A stretch of 35,101 nt of DNA from Vicinamibacterales bacterium (lineage in GTDB: Bacteria > Acidobacteriota > Vicinamibacteria > Vicinamibacterales > CAVVIG01): the NCBI GenBank assembly GCA_051985095.1, contig JBPYEE010000054.1, forward strand, positions 1 to 35,101. The letters run 5' to 3'. The notes under the pieces were generated by a model. The model searched no databases and was not told the origin of the DNA. It was given only the letters and a program-made list of their open reading frames with translations. Below are positions 25,385 to 33,331 of the stretch, one piece after another; position 1 is the first letter of the stretch; each line of letters starts with the position of its first letter. Both the position numbers and the translations under genes were made by a program.

Positions 25385-26551
25385 TCAGCCTGTCCGGCCG
25401 ACGCGGGTCGCCAGGATCTCGTCGACCGCCGCAATCGCGGCATCGAGCTCTTCATCGGTGGTGTAGAAGTGCGGCGACATCCGCACACCCGCATGCGGCC
25501 GCCAGTCGACGAGGACGTCCCGCTTCAGCAGCTCGCGGCAGACGTCGGGTGCGTCGGGCATGTCGATTGAGACGGTGCCGCCGCGCACGGATCGATCGCG
25601 GGGCGTGTGGACGCGCCACCCGCGCGCGTCGGCCAGCTCGATGAGCCGTGCAGTCTGACGCTCCGATTTCTGACGGATCCGATCAACGCCGGCTTCGCCG
25701 ATGATCCGCAATCCGGGTCGCGCGGCTTCGAGCCCCGGAATGTTCGAGGTGCCGTTCATGAACCGGTACGGCGGATTGGTGTAACGAATCGGGCCGGTCT
25801 CGAACGCGAAGGGATCTTCGTGCGCGAACCAGCCGGTCAGCGTGGGGCGCAAGTCCAGCGCGAGATCGGGGCGAACATAGAGATACGAGGTCCCCGGTCC
25901 GCCACAGAGCCACTTGAGCACCCCACCACACGCGAAATCGACGTTCAGGGCTCGGACGTCGACCGGCACCGTGCCGAGCGACTGAAAGGTGTCGAGCAGC
26001 ACATGCGCCCCCACCCGATGGGCCTTGTCGACGATCGCCTGTGCATCGTTGATGAACGCGCTCCGAAAGAGGACGTGCGACTCCGGCACGAGGACCGTCT
26101 CCTCGTCGATCGCCTCGAGCAGCCGTTCGGTCGGAACGGTGATTCCGTCCTCGGTCCTGACCATCTGGACGCGGGCACCGCGCGCGCGCTGCGCCTCCCA
26201 GAAATACATCACCGATGGGAAGTTCAGGTCCGTATAAACGATCTTGTTGCGCCTGCCGGAGAAGTCAAAGCACGACGCGACCACCGCCTGGCAGGTCGTC
26301 ACATTGCCGTAGGTGGCCACCGAGCCGGGAGCGGCGTTCATCAGCCGGCCGATCTCGCCGCCAACCTCTGCGGCCAGCGTCCACCACCGTTCTTCCCACG
26401 CGCGGACGCCACGGGTGGCCCACGTGTCGGCATAGTCGCGCATCGCATCGACCACGCCGCGGGGCATGGCGCCGAGCGAGTTGCTGATCAAATAGGTCGA
26501 GCGGCCGAGGATCGGAAACTCCGGCCGGAAGCGCAGCAGATCGTCACTCAT
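25385..26551 (-). CDS. Kynureninase-family PLP-dependent hydrolase
   Basis: Track ORF 25385..27598 trimmed to ATG 26551..26549 (MSDDLLRFRPEFP...). 388 aa, co-linear with kynureninases: ...YLISNSLGAMP..., ...DLNFPSVMY..., PLP-lysine context DFACGGVLKWLCGGPGTSYLYV, ...LTGWFAH..., ...VRMSPHFYTT.EE.D. The ATG overlaps the permease stop (ATGA). Confidence 0.85.
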   Translation of the reverse strand: MSDDLLRFRPEFPILGRSTYLISNSLGAMPRGVVDAMRDYADTWATRGVRAWEERWWTLAAEVGGEIGRLMNAAPGSVATYGNVTTCQAVVASCFDFSGRRNKIVYTDLNFPSVMYFWEAQRARGARVQMVRTEDGITVPTERLLEAIDEETVLVPESHVLFRSAFINDAQAIVDKAHRVGAHVLLDTFQSLGTVPVDVRALNVDFACGGVLKWLCGGPGTSYLYVRPDLALDLRPTLTGWFAHEDPFAFETGPIRYTNPPYRFMNGTSNIPGLEAARPGLRIIGEAGVDRIRQKSERQTARLIELADARGWRVHTPRDRSVRGGTVSIDMPDAPDVCRELLKRDVLVDWRPHAGVRMSPHFYTTDEELDAAIAAVDEILATRVGRTG

Positions 26552-27867
26552 CCGGCGATTGTACGTTTGCGGTACGCGTTCTTCAGCGCCAGGTAGGCGA
26601 GGTTGAGCACGAGCAGATACGCCACGCCGCTCGACACCGCGAGCGGCGAATCGAACCAGGTTTTCCCGATGCACAGCACGATCAAGGCGAAACCAGTCAG
26701 CGAGGCGCGCGCGGCGGCGACGCCGCCGCGACTCCGGATGTGCGCGGCCAGCGTCACCAGCCAGGACAACAACAGCCCGAAAAGCGCGGCGTTGAGGATC
26801 GACACGAACGCGGCGCCCGGCGCCCAGCGTTCGAGGGCCAACGCCAGGCCGATCGGCACTGACGACACGAGAACGGCATAGGTCGGCGAGCCGGCGCGAT
26901 TCAAGGCGCCGACGCGCGCCGGCGCCCATCCGCTTCGTGCGAGCGAGAAGAGGGTTCGCGAGGCCGAGTAGAGCGCCGCGTTGGCGCCGGACAGCGCCGC
27001 CGTGAGCACCGCGAAGTTCATCAGGTGACCTGCCGCAGGAATGTTCACCCGGCGGAAGACGGTGACGAAGGGCGATTCGGTGACGCCCGTGCGATCCCAC
27101 GGGATCACGCCGGTGAGCACGACGATTGCGCCCAGATAGATCACGGTGAGCGTGCCGAAGGTCAGGCGCGTCGCACGCGCCACATCGGCCGCGGATCGCG
27201 ATTCCCCGCTGGTGACGGCGACGAACTCGACGCCGGCAAAGGTGTACAGCGCAAAGGGCAGCGCGAGCAGCGGCGCCAGCGCGCCACGTGGAAAGAAGCC
27301 CCCGCGCGCGGTGTACTGCGGAGCGGTGCGGCCGGTGAGCATCAGTGCCGCGCCGAGCACAACGAAGGCGAGGATCACCATCACCTTGATCATCGCGAAC
27401 CAGTATTCGAAGCGGCCGTACTCGCGCACGCCGAGGAGGTTGACGGCCAGCAGCAGCCCGGATGCGAGGACGACCCACGCGAGTGGCGGCACGCGCGGAA
27501 ACCAGAACGCCATGTAGGTGGCCGACGCGACCATTTCCGCGCCGATGGAGATGGCGATGGCCGCCCAGTAGCCGGCACCCGCGAGGAATCCGGCCCACTG
27601 GTTCAGGTACAGATCCCCATACAGGCGAAAGGATCCGGCGGCCGGGTGCCGGCTCGCGAGATCGCCCAGCGCGCAGGTGACGGTCCAGGTGATGAACGCC
27701 GCGAGCAGGAACGTCAGGATCACGGACGGACCGGCGACGCCGATCGCGGCAGCCGATCCCAACAGCAAACCGGTCCCGATCGATCCGCCGACCGCGACCA
27801 TCGTCATCTGGCCAGCGGTCAGCTGGCGGCGGAGCCCGTGCTCGGGCGAGGGGACGGCTTCGATCAA
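26548..27867 (-). CDS. APC-superfamily amino acid permease
   Basis: 439-aa polytopic membrane protein. ...LRRQLTAGQMTMVAVGGSIGTGLLLGSAAAI... is the APC signature near TM1. The TTG start overlaps the upstream stop (TTGA). Confidence 0.9.
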   Translation of the reverse strand: MIEAVPSPEHGLRRQLTAGQMTMVAVGGSIGTGLLLGSAAAIGVAGPSVILTFLLAAFITWTVTCALGDLASRHPAAGSFRLYGDLYLNQWAGFLAGAGYWAAIAISIGAEMVASATYMAFWFPRVPPLAWVVLASGLLLAVNLLGVREYGRFEYWFAMIKVMVILAFVVLGAALMLTGRTAPQYTARGGFFPRGALAPLLALPFALYTFAGVEFVAVTSGESRSAADVARATRLTFGTLTVIYLGAIVVLTGVIPWDRTGVTESPFVTVFRRVNIPAAGHLMNFAVLTAALSGANAALYSASRTLFSLARSGWAPARVGALNRAGSPTYAVLVSSVPIGLALALERWAPGAAFVSILNAALFGLLLSWLVTLAAHIRSRGGVAAARASLTGFALIVLCIGKTWFDSPLAVSSGVAYLLVLNLAYLALKNAYRKRTIAG

Positions 27868-28847
27868 CGCGAGACGGTGACGGTTACGTTTTCGTAGGTA
27901 AACAGCGACCCGTCGCTCGCGACAGCGCGCAGCGTGTACTCGCCCGGTTCATCGAAGCTCACCTCGGTCACCCACTTTCCATCCGGCGGCGGCACCGGAA
28001 CCGTGTAGGGCGGCGACCACGGGGAGTTCGCGTACGCGCGCGTGTCGGTCCACGTCTTCATCTGATCCGGGCGGAACGTGACGCTCGACGCCCTGCCGCG
28101 GTACACCATCCACGACATCCGCAGGCCGGGCCCGCTCGACGGCACGATCGCGGACGGTGGCCGGTAGATCTGGTTTGCGAGCGATGCGGGCGTCGGGACC
28201 GCGCGCGGCGCGGCGGCGGGCGCCGGCGGGTCGGCCGACATCATCCGGCCGCTGGCATCGCGGGGCTGCGGTTTGCCGTCGCGGCGCGCCGGCAGATTAT
28301 CGGGATCACCGGCGAAGGCGGTCAGGACCAGTATTTCACCGGTTTTGATCGTGCGCCGCGGCGCGCCCTCGATGCGCAGCTCGGGCGGCACGTTCGTCCT
28401 CAGCTCGTCGCGCAGACTGCCGAAGTCGCCGCCGACTTCGGTCGAGATCACTTGATTGTCGATCTGGTAGTCCGATTTGAGCGACGCGTAAGCCTTCTCC
28501 GTCCGGCCGTTGGTGGTCAGCGTCCAGATCAACTCGCGGCTGGCCATGTCCTTCGGCACCTTCACTGTGAACAGAAACGGACTCCGCCGCGGATAGAAAT
28601 GCGTCGGCTGGCCCTGGTCCGGACCGCCCGGCTCGATGGTGTTGTCGGGTCCGATCGGCACATCGAACTGCTGCAGCCAGTTCGAGTTCATGTACCCGAA
28701 GTACATCGTCACCGTGCCGTCCGGCGCGTACATCCACCCTTCGTAGGCCGGCGAGACGCTCTGGCCGCTCGAGTAGGTGAAACGCGTCTGGGCGGTCACC
28801 ACCGCGAGCGACGACGCGGCGACGAGGGCCGCCAGGATCGTGCGCAT
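27864..28847 (-). CDS. Secreted protein of unknown function (two modules joined by a Pro/Ala-rich linker)
   Basis: Track ORF 27864..29240 trimmed to ATG 28847..28845, which overlaps the upstream stop (TGATG). Signal peptide MRTILAALVAASSLAVVTAQ, an internal linker ...SADPPAPAAAPRAVPTPAS..., and a beta-rich C-terminus ...GEYTLRAVASDGSLFTYENVTVTVSR. No family recognised. Confidence 0.65.
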   Translation of the reverse strand: MRTILAALVAASSLAVVTAQTRFTYSSGQSVSPAYEGWMYAPDGTVTMYFGYMNSNWLQQFDVPIGPDNTIEPGGPDQGQPTHFYPRRSPFLFTVKVPKDMASRELIWTLTTNGRTEKAYASLKSDYQIDNQVISTEVGGDFGSLRDELRTNVPPELRIEGAPRRTIKTGEILVLTAFAGDPDNLPARRDGKPQPRDASGRMMSADPPAPAAAPRAVPTPASLANQIYRPPSAIVPSSGPGLRMSWMVYRGRASSVTFRPDQMKTWTDTRAYANSPWSPPYTVPVPPPDGKWVTEVSFDEPGEYTLRAVASDGSLFTYENVTVTVSR

Positions 28848-30247
28848 CAGCGGGCGGACTGGCCGGTGGTCGGCATGGTCGTCACTGCCGGCGGCGCCCA
28901 GCACAGCGGGCAGCCGATGTCGTAATCGTTGCGGTTCTTCATCCTGGCGCGCCGCTTCGCCATCTCCGCCTGAAACTGCTCTTCGGTGAGCGAGACGGAG
29001 TAGCCGAGATCGATGAACATGTTCGCGATCGATCGCCGGCCGCCGCCGGCCCAGTTCCGCGGGTCTGCGGGATTCTTGTTCGCGGCCGTCGTGTCGAGGA
29101 ACCCGATCAGGTGGACGATCGTGCCCTTGGGCAGAAGCGGCGCGGCATCGTCCTCGTAGACATACTGCTTCACCCAGTTGTGGTCGTACCCGACGCAGTT
29201 GAGCGTCTGGATGTTGTGGCCCCAGATCGCTTCCAGGCACATGCGAACGCCCGGCGCGTGCAGGTGCGGCTCGAACGCGATGATCTTCGTGTGCTCCTGA
29301 AGCGTGGCGTACGCGTGCAGCTCCTGGTTCGCCTGGTTGGGCTTGACGTCGATGTCGATGCCGTTGCCGAGCCGCAGGGTGGAGCGTTTGTAAATGGGCT
29401 TGTACCCCGCGGGAAACAACTTGAACGCGAACTCGAGGTGGGCCTTCGTCTCGCGTCCGTTCGGATGAATGTGGCCGGCGTCGAGCGACAGCGCTGAATT
29501 GGCCTGCAGCAGGCGGCCTGCTTCCGGCGGGAAAATGTCGGCGTTGCGTCCAACCTCGTGGATGGGCCAGCTGCTGGCGAGCTCGTCGCCATTGCCCCGC
29601 TCGCCCATCTTCACGCTCGTGTACGTCATGTGATGAAACACGTACCGGCCGCCGACCGTCTTCGTCGCCCCCCCGCGCGGGATGTCGTTGATCTCGCGGA
29701 CCTCGACCGCCGACACGTAGCGATCTTCGGTGAGCCCCGTCGGAATCAGCCCGACGTCACCCCACCAATCCGGCCCGCTGGCGGGCACGAGGACTTCCTT
29801 CGATTTCAGCACCAGGTCGGGCTCGCCGATCGTCCACGTGTCGGAATCATCAAACCGCCGGGGCGGCGGCATGTCGGCGGGGTTCCCGCGGGGCGCCCCG
29901 CTGTCGGCCCAGGTGGCAATCTTCGCGATCTCCTCGTCGGAGAGCGACGGATCGTGCTTGAACTTCTGGATGCCGATGTTCTTCTCGACGAAAAACGGCG
30001 GCATCGCGCCGCGCTGGCTGCGCAGCGCCGTCCGCGTCTTGATCGAGCGCGCCCACGGCCGCACATCTTCATAGGTGACGAGGGGCATCGGCGCCACGCC
30101 ATCGACGTGGTGACATTCCTGGCAGCTGCGCTGCAGGATGGGCGCGATGTCCCGAGTGAAGGTGACGTCGGTCGATTGTGCCCGCGGGGCCGCCCAGCCG
30201 AGCAGGCCGACACCGGCGGCGGTGAGAAGAGCGGCGCGAACCGTCAT
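28847..30247 (-). CDS. Secreted haem-c (CxxCH) protein with a PHM/DBH-like copper monooxygenase ligand pattern
   Basis: Track ORF 28847..30268. I prefer ATG 30247..30245 because AAGGAG (30260..30255) lies 7 nt upstream. Signal peptide MTVRAALLTAAGVGLLGWAAPRAQS. Haem motif CQECH at 30124..30110 in the context FTRDIAPILQRSCQECHH...MPPF. Candidate Cu ligands (numbered from ATG 30247): H205-H206 (VFHHM), H259/H261 (GHIH), H328-x-H330 (PHLHAPG) and M410 (IANMF). Their spacing is similar to PHM CuH/CuM sites. Confidence 0.7.
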   Translation of the reverse strand: MTVRAALLTAAGVGLLGWAAPRAQSTDVTFTRDIAPILQRSCQECHHVDGVAPMPLVTYEDVRPWARSIKTRTALRSQRGAMPPFFVEKNIGIQKFKHDPSLSDEEIAKIATWADSGAPRGNPADMPPPRRFDDSDTWTIGEPDLVLKSKEVLVPASGPDWWGDVGLIPTGLTEDRYVSAVEVREINDIPRGGATKTVGGRYVFHHMTYTSVKMGERGNGDELASSWPIHEVGRNADIFPPEAGRLLQANSALSLDAGHIHPNGRETKAHLEFAFKLFPAGYKPIYKRSTLRLGNGIDIDVKPNQANQELHAYATLQEHTKIIAFEPHLHAPGVRMCLEAIWGHNIQTLNCVGYDHNWVKQYVYEDDAAPLLPKGTIVHLIGFLDTTAANKNPADPRNWAGGGRRSIANMFIDLGYSVSLTEEQFQAEMAKRRARMKNRNDYDIGCPLCWAPPAVTTMPTTGQSAR

Positions 30248-30273
30248 AGGCACACTCCTTCGCGGCAACTATC

Positions 30274-32307
30274 TCATGCTGAGGGGACCGACGGCAATGC
30301 AAACGACAGCAGCGTCGTGCCCGCGGCGATCACGATGTGCTGACGGCCGTCGAGGATGAAGGTCATCGGTGCGGCGCCCCAAATCGGCGTCCCGGTTGAA
30401 TAGCGCCACAGATGGGCGCCGTTTTGCGAATCAAACGCCATGAAATTGCCTTCGTTATCGCCCGCAAAGACAAGCCCCGACGCCGTGCTCATCACGCCGG
30501 CCATGGTCGGCGAGGTGAACCTGAATTCCCATCGCCGCTCGCCCGTCGTCGGGTCGATCGCGCGCAGCGCGCCGTACGCCTTCTCGCGATCGACGCGCAC
30601 GACACCGCCGAAATTCTGCTTCCCCGGCGTATTGGCGGGCGCCTGCGGCACGAAGACCGCGCAGGTTTCCCGCGCGTTCACGAAGAACAGGCGGCGCGCC
30701 GCATCGAATGACGGCGGATTGAAATTCGTGCCGCCCCACTGGTCTGGCACGCACCGGGTCGTGCCATCGTTCAGGACGAGCGGCCGGCCATCGCGGCCGA
30801 TTTCGCGGGCCCACGTCGTATCGGTGAACGGCTTACCGACCAGCAGCGTGCCGTCGCGCCGATCGAGCACGTAAAAGAATCCGTTCCGATTCGCAAGCAT
30901 GACGACCTTGCGTGTCACGCCGCCGATGGCCAGATCGGCGAGCACCGGGACCTGGTTGGCGTCCCAATCGTGCGTGTCGTGCGGCGTGAACTGGTAATGC
31001 CACCTGAGCGTGCCGGTGCGCGCGTCGATGGCGACAACCGAGTTCGTGTACAGGTTGTCGCCTTCCCGCCCGTGGCCCCAATAATCGGGATTCGGATTGC
31101 CCGTGCCCCAATAGAGCAGGTTCAAATCCGGGTCGTAGCTGCCGGTCATCCAGGTCGCGCCGCCGCCGCGCGCCAGCGTCTCGGCCGAGGCCGGCCACGT
31201 GTCGCTGCCCGGCTCACCCGGCGCCGGCACCGTGTAGAAGCGCCAGAGGCGGGCACCGGTCGACGGTTCGTATGCGTCGAGGAATCCGCGCGTCGGATAT
31301 TCGCCGCCCGAGATGCCGACGATCACTTTGTTGTCGATCACGAGCGGCGCGAGCGTTGCCGAGTAGCCGATCTTGTAGTCGGCCAGGACGACATCCCATT
31401 CAATCCGCCCGGTGCGGCGGTCGAACGCGAGCAGGTGCGCATCGAGCGTCACCATGAACAGACGGTCGCCGAGCATGCCGAAGCCCCGATTGACGGGCGC
31501 CTGGGCGCCATAGGTGAGGTCGGCCGGCAGCTCGCGGCGATATTGCCAGAAGGGACGGCCCGTTCGCGCGTCGATCGCCCACGCGAAATCGTTCGACCCG
31601 GTGACGTAGAGCACACCGTCGAACAGGAGCGGCGTCGCCTCGAACCCGCGCCCCCGCGTCAGCGTACCGGTTTGAAAGGTCCATTCGGCCGTCAGGCGAC
31701 CGACGTTGGCCGGCGTGATTTGCGTCAGCGGGCTGTGCCGCTGGGCCGTGAAGTCGCCGTGGAAGGAGAGCCACCTGGAGGGATCCTTCAACCCGTCGAG
31801 CAAATCGCGGTAGGTGATGCCGGGTGGCGACGTCGGCTTTGGGGGGGTCGGATGGAACGCCCCCGCCGCGTCGCCGCGCCGCACGTCGCGGAGATCGCGT
31901 TTCAGAAAACCCTGCAGCCGTCCGGTCGCGTCCGCAATTTGGATTGAAAAGGCGTCCTCGTTCTTGCGCTCGCCGTGAATCTCCCCGCCGTCGCGCGTGA
32001 CGAGGGTGACGATCTGGCGCACATCGGGTGCGAGCGTTTTCAGATGCGAGACGATGCTGCGGATTTCCTCGTCGGTCGCCGCGCTGCGCGGCATGGCGGT
32101 CCCGGGCACGCCGCTCCGAATGGTCTGAAACAGCCGCTCGTCACTCACGCCTCGGGCCGCGAGCGTCGTCAGGTCTGGGCCATTCAGCCCTTTCGCGTCA
32201 GCGCCGTGACAGGCGGCACACGTCTGCGCATAGAGCGCGGCGCCCGATCCGACCGCCGGCACCTGCGGCATCGGCGCCAGCAGGGCCGCGATGAGCAGGT
32301 CCAGCAT
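30274..32307 (-). CDS. PQQ-dependent dehydrogenase (8-bladed propeller, alcohol dehydrogenase family) with an N-terminal cytochrome c domain
   Basis: 677 aa. Haem motif CAACH at 32220..32206, followed by ...TAMP.... Propeller repeats with the recurring A.D..TG...W pattern (AIDARTGRPFWQY, AFDRRTGRIEWDV, AIDARTGTLRWHYQFTPHDTHDWD, AIDPTTGERRWEF, AFDSQNGAHLWRY). Confidence 0.88.
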   Translation of the reverse strand: MLDLLIAALLAPMPQVPAVGSGAALYAQTCAACHGADAKGLNGPDLTTLAARGVSDERLFQTIRSGVPGTAMPRSAATDEEIRSIVSHLKTLAPDVRQIVTLVTRDGGEIHGERKNEDAFSIQIADATGRLQGFLKRDLRDVRRGDAAGAFHPTPPKPTSPPGITYRDLLDGLKDPSRWLSFHGDFTAQRHSPLTQITPANVGRLTAEWTFQTGTLTRGRGFEATPLLFDGVLYVTGSNDFAWAIDARTGRPFWQYRRELPADLTYGAQAPVNRGFGMLGDRLFMVTLDAHLLAFDRRTGRIEWDVVLADYKIGYSATLAPLVIDNKVIVGISGGEYPTRGFLDAYEPSTGARLWRFYTVPAPGEPGSDTWPASAETLARGGGATWMTGSYDPDLNLLYWGTGNPNPDYWGHGREGDNLYTNSVVAIDARTGTLRWHYQFTPHDTHDWDANQVPVLADLAIGGVTRKVVMLANRNGFFYVLDRRDGTLLVGKPFTDTTWAREIGRDGRPLVLNDGTTRCVPDQWGGTNFNPPSFDAARRLFFVNARETCAVFVPQAPANTPGKQNFGGVVRVDREKAYGALRAIDPTTGERRWEFRFTSPTMAGVMSTASGLVFAGDNEGNFMAFDSQNGAHLWRYSTGTPIWGAAPMTFILDGRQHIVIAAGTTLLSFALPSVPSA

Positions 32308-32319
32308 GAGACCCGCAGA

Positions 32320-32325
32320 AGTATA
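32320..32325 (-). promoter_or_regulatory. -10-like hexamer TATACT 12 nt upstream of the PQQ dehydrogenase ATG
   Basis: The minus strand reads gaagagTATACTtctgcgggtctcATG. No SD lies between the hexamer and the start. Confidence 0.25.
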
Positions 32326-32675
32326 CTCTTCCGGCCTCTGGGCTCTGGCACGGCACTTGACCGTGGCGCCTGCATGTCGTCGAAGGAACCGCGCCGGCCG
32401 GGATCGACGCCCATCATTCGAGTCAGTGGCACTTCAATTACGTACCACCTGTGGATCACTCGTGTTTCTGGCCGGAGTGACATGCTCGTGCTGCGGTGCG
32501 ATGGCCACGGCAACCTCCTCGCGTCGATTCGAAGCGATATCGAGCGATGTAACCGTGAACCGGGTGCGTAGCCAATCTGGACAACTGAGCAAAAGCCGAG
32601 GGCCGGCGATCGCACGCAGCGCCGGCGTGGTCGGGCTGACTGGCGAGGCGTGAACGGGGCCACGCTCCGGGGCGC

Positions 32676-33329
32676 TCAGTGCACCCGCTCGCTCTTGATC
32701 GGGGGCTTGGACGACTCGCGCCAGTCGTCGTCGAGAATTGTCCAGAGCGCCTGATCCTGGTACTCGCCGTAGCGATAGAACGCCCTCCGAAGGACGCCTT
32801 CCTGCACGGCGCCCAGCTTGCGGAGCGCGCCATTGCCGCGCCCGTTGCAAATGGACGCCCGTGCCTCCATCCGGTGGACACCAATCGCGTCAAACGCGAA
32901 CCGCAGGACCAGCTCCGCACCTTCCTTGAAGATCCCGGTGCCCCAGAACTCAGATCCAATCGCGAATCCCCATTCGGCGGTCGCGAACCCGGGCTCGATC
33001 TGACGCACCTGGAAAATGCCGATCGCGATGCCGTCGACCGTCACCGCGAAGCACGCATAGGCGCCGGCCGCTCGCTGCCGCAGGGTCCAGGCGATAAAGC
33101 GCTCGAACCCCTCGACCGTGCCTGGCGGCGGCGAGATGAACCGCGACACTTCAGCGGTCGTCAGCATCGCGAAGAGCGAGGCCGCATCCGACGGACGCAG
33201 CTCGCGGAGCACCACCCGCGGGCCGCGCAGCACAGGCAGTCCGTCGCGCCAGTCGCTGGTGGTCGCGACGCCGGGCCTCGGCTGCACCGTGGCCACGTCG
33301 AGTTCCTCGCGGTACGGCATCTTCTCCAC
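32676..33329 (-). CDS. GNAT-family N-acetyltransferase (RimJ/RimL-like)
   Basis: 217 aa. ...VVLRELRPSDAASLFAML...FISPPP.T...F..F..W......G....FAV...G..IG.....QIEP....AEWGFAIGSEFWGTGIF.EGA.LVL.FAF...GVHR.EARA...N.RGNGALRKLGA..EG.LR. The GTG start lies 2 nt after the S8 stop. Confidence 0.88.
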   Translation of the reverse strand: MEKMPYREELDVATVQPRPGVATTSDWRDGLPVLRGPRVVLRELRPSDAASLFAMLTTAEVSRFISPPPGTVEGFERFIAWTLRQRAAGAYACFAVTVDGIAIGIFQVRQIEPGFATAEWGFAIGSEFWGTGIFKEGAELVLRFAFDAIGVHRMEARASICNGRGNGALRKLGAVQEGVLRRAFYRYGEYQDQALWTILDDDWRESSKPPIKSERVH

Positions 33330-33331
33330 GG

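Noticed and set aside
26552-27598. 349-codon upstream extension of the kynureninase-family ORF (track 25385..27598)
   Set aside because: It overlaps the clearly real APC permease in another frame. The kynureninase-like alignment begins at ATG 26551.
30248-30268. TTG start at 30268 for the haem/Cu-like protein
   Set aside because: The AAGGAG SD lies inside those 7 codons and is correctly spaced for ATG 30247. A signal peptide starting at MTVRAALL is also more typical.
32416-32432. GCCACTG on the minus strand, resembling a cobalamin-riboswitch core element
   Set aside because: It is an isolated 7-mer. I could not find the B12 box or the flanking conserved helices, and there is no functional rationale. 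A covariance-model scan would be needed to revive this.
32434-32508. The 24-codon ORF upstream of the PQQ dehydrogenase as a PqqA precursor peptide
   Set aside because: The size is right, but the conserved Glu-x-x-x-Tyr crosslinking motif of PqqA is absent (the peptide has no Tyr at all).
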